From Nemertoderma westbladi (taxonomy: Eukaryota > Animalia > Xenacoelomorpha): DNA of 35,955 bases. This document shows positions 34,439 through 35,955 of this stretch, piece by piece. The DNA is taken from contig JAUCBJ010001119.1 in NCBI GenBank assembly GCA_032718475.1, positions 1-35,955 of the forward strand. Direction: 5' to 3'. Position 1 is the stretch's first letter, and each line of letters opens with the position of its first letter. A program made the translations under genes and the position numbers. The notes beneath the pieces are model-generated. The model was not told where the DNA came from, did no database searches, and saw nothing but the letters and a program-made list of their open reading frames with translations.

Positions 34439-35085
34439 TAAAAGATAGTATGCTTGAGAATGTGGATGACTTCTGTTACCTGGGATCATGGATCCAGAAG
34501 TCGGGTGAGGATCTTTGAATACGTAAGGGAAAGGCATGGGCAGCCTTGAATAGGCTTTCCAGGATTTGGAAGTCAACGAGAATTAATCAGAAACTTAAGG
34601 TCCGATTATTTAGAGCAGCAGTAGTTCCAGTTATCCTCTATGGGAGTCCATGCTGGGCTCTAACTGCTGAGGACACCAAATCTCTGGATGGCACATTCAC
34701 AAGAATGCTACGCCGGGTTCATTGTGTCAAGTACAATGCACACATCTCCAACCAGACACTATATAACATTGGAGGTGTCTCATTGTTTCCCCCAAGCTTG
34801 ACACTAGAATAAAATCGCCTCCGCTTTGCAGGACATTGCTTTCGCTGTGAGGACCAGCCAGAGCATAATCTTGTACTTTGGCAGCCTCATGGAGTGAATA
34901 AGCATGGTGGACAGCCCATGACTTTATTGAGACGCATCTTAAAGGACACTGGCCTTGAAGATGCGGATGATCTAGCAAATGTCATGGGTGATAGGGAGTT
35001 GTGGCGGTGCAATTTTGTCGATAAGCCGGCACAGCATTCTTAAAAATGCAGCTGCAATGCAGCATACCGATCCTAGCAGTAGTAG
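34439..35085 (+). mobile_element. 5'-truncated RTE LINE, copy 3
   Basis: Matches the last ~650 bp of copy 1, with premature stops; tail TAGCAGTAGTAG; probable TSD CTTAAGG at 34432-34438 and 35087-35093. Confidence 0.92.
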
Positions 35086-35955
35086 ACTTAAGGGCGATTA
35101 CTAACACCCTACCACGCCCTTGCCACGTACTGCTAGGTATTTGCTGCATACCACCGCGGCAACATAATTCTAGAATAAAAATTACATACCAGATCAGCTA
35201 GTGTTAGGGGAACAAATTAACACCCTATTCTCTATTTCACAATCAGAGTCTGGTATCAGGTGCCAATTACGGGCATAGTTATTAACACCATACTTGCCCG
35301 ATCGAGTTGTGAATATAGGAGGAGAGAGCCCCTTTGGCGTCAGTTTGTAAGTATTGCGCCTACGGAGAGTGACTAGCTTATTCTAGTAGCTAGCGCCTGG
35401 TATTATTATTTTGTCACCAATACCTAGCGAGAGTCACGTCAACAAACATTTCGCTTTACTGTAACACACACACACACGCGCGCGTCTTGAGATAGCTATT
35501 CTACTGATTACCCCTTTACTGATACCCCCTTTTGACTGCTTTTCTGGATCGGCAGTATTGTTTTACGCTAGTGTTCGTCAACCCACTGGCTCGTTATACC
35601 CATATAAATCACACAACGGCAATACTACAGTAGTTTAGGTCCATTAGCGGTAGTTAGGATTCGCTACGCCGTTGCTTAATCCTCATTACTTGAAGACTTG
35701 ACCGCAAAACCAAATAATATAAATGCTATCATGTCCTGCAGAGTTTAATAAATTTTTTAATCATAAAAGTTCCATATTGAAATGAAAATGTTAAATAACG
35801 AGACGCGGGAACTAAAGACTGGAACTTTGTACCTTTGAAGTTTGAAGAAAGTAATGATTCATTAACATCAGCAGGAACTAATGAAGCTGAACATGACTTC
35901 CTGGCCTGTTTGATGTATTACATATAGTAACACAGCACAGCTACGCAGGCACTAA

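Overview
AT-rich metazoan (probably invertebrate) genomic DNA made almost entirely of nested mobile elements and tandem repeats; no intact host gene is visible. Retroelements: three copies of one RTE-clade LINE (two full-length, one 5'-truncated), a CR1/L2-group LINE, a second decayed CR1/L2 fragment, an intact Ty1/Copia element with identical 312-bp LTRs, and a decayed BEL/Pao fragment. DNA elements: two non-autonomous piggyBac-like (TTAA) elements and a DINE-1/HINE-like element. Tandem arrays have 84-, 62- and 22-bp units. Removing the insertions reveals remnants of a secreted Ly6/uPAR (three-finger)-like gene, with a signal-peptide exon at 2257 and a CCxxDLxN-type last exon at 24752-26520. 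The most notable observations are: (1) the CR1/L2 ORF reconstructs as signal-peptide leader, 2A ribosome-skip motif, PHD, APE endonuclease, RT; (2) the ~480-nt RTE 5' leader is a wall-to-wall hairpin/pseudoknot array with compensatory changes; (3) the Copia element has non-canonical TG...AA ends. All calls are by eye; no searches or folding were run.
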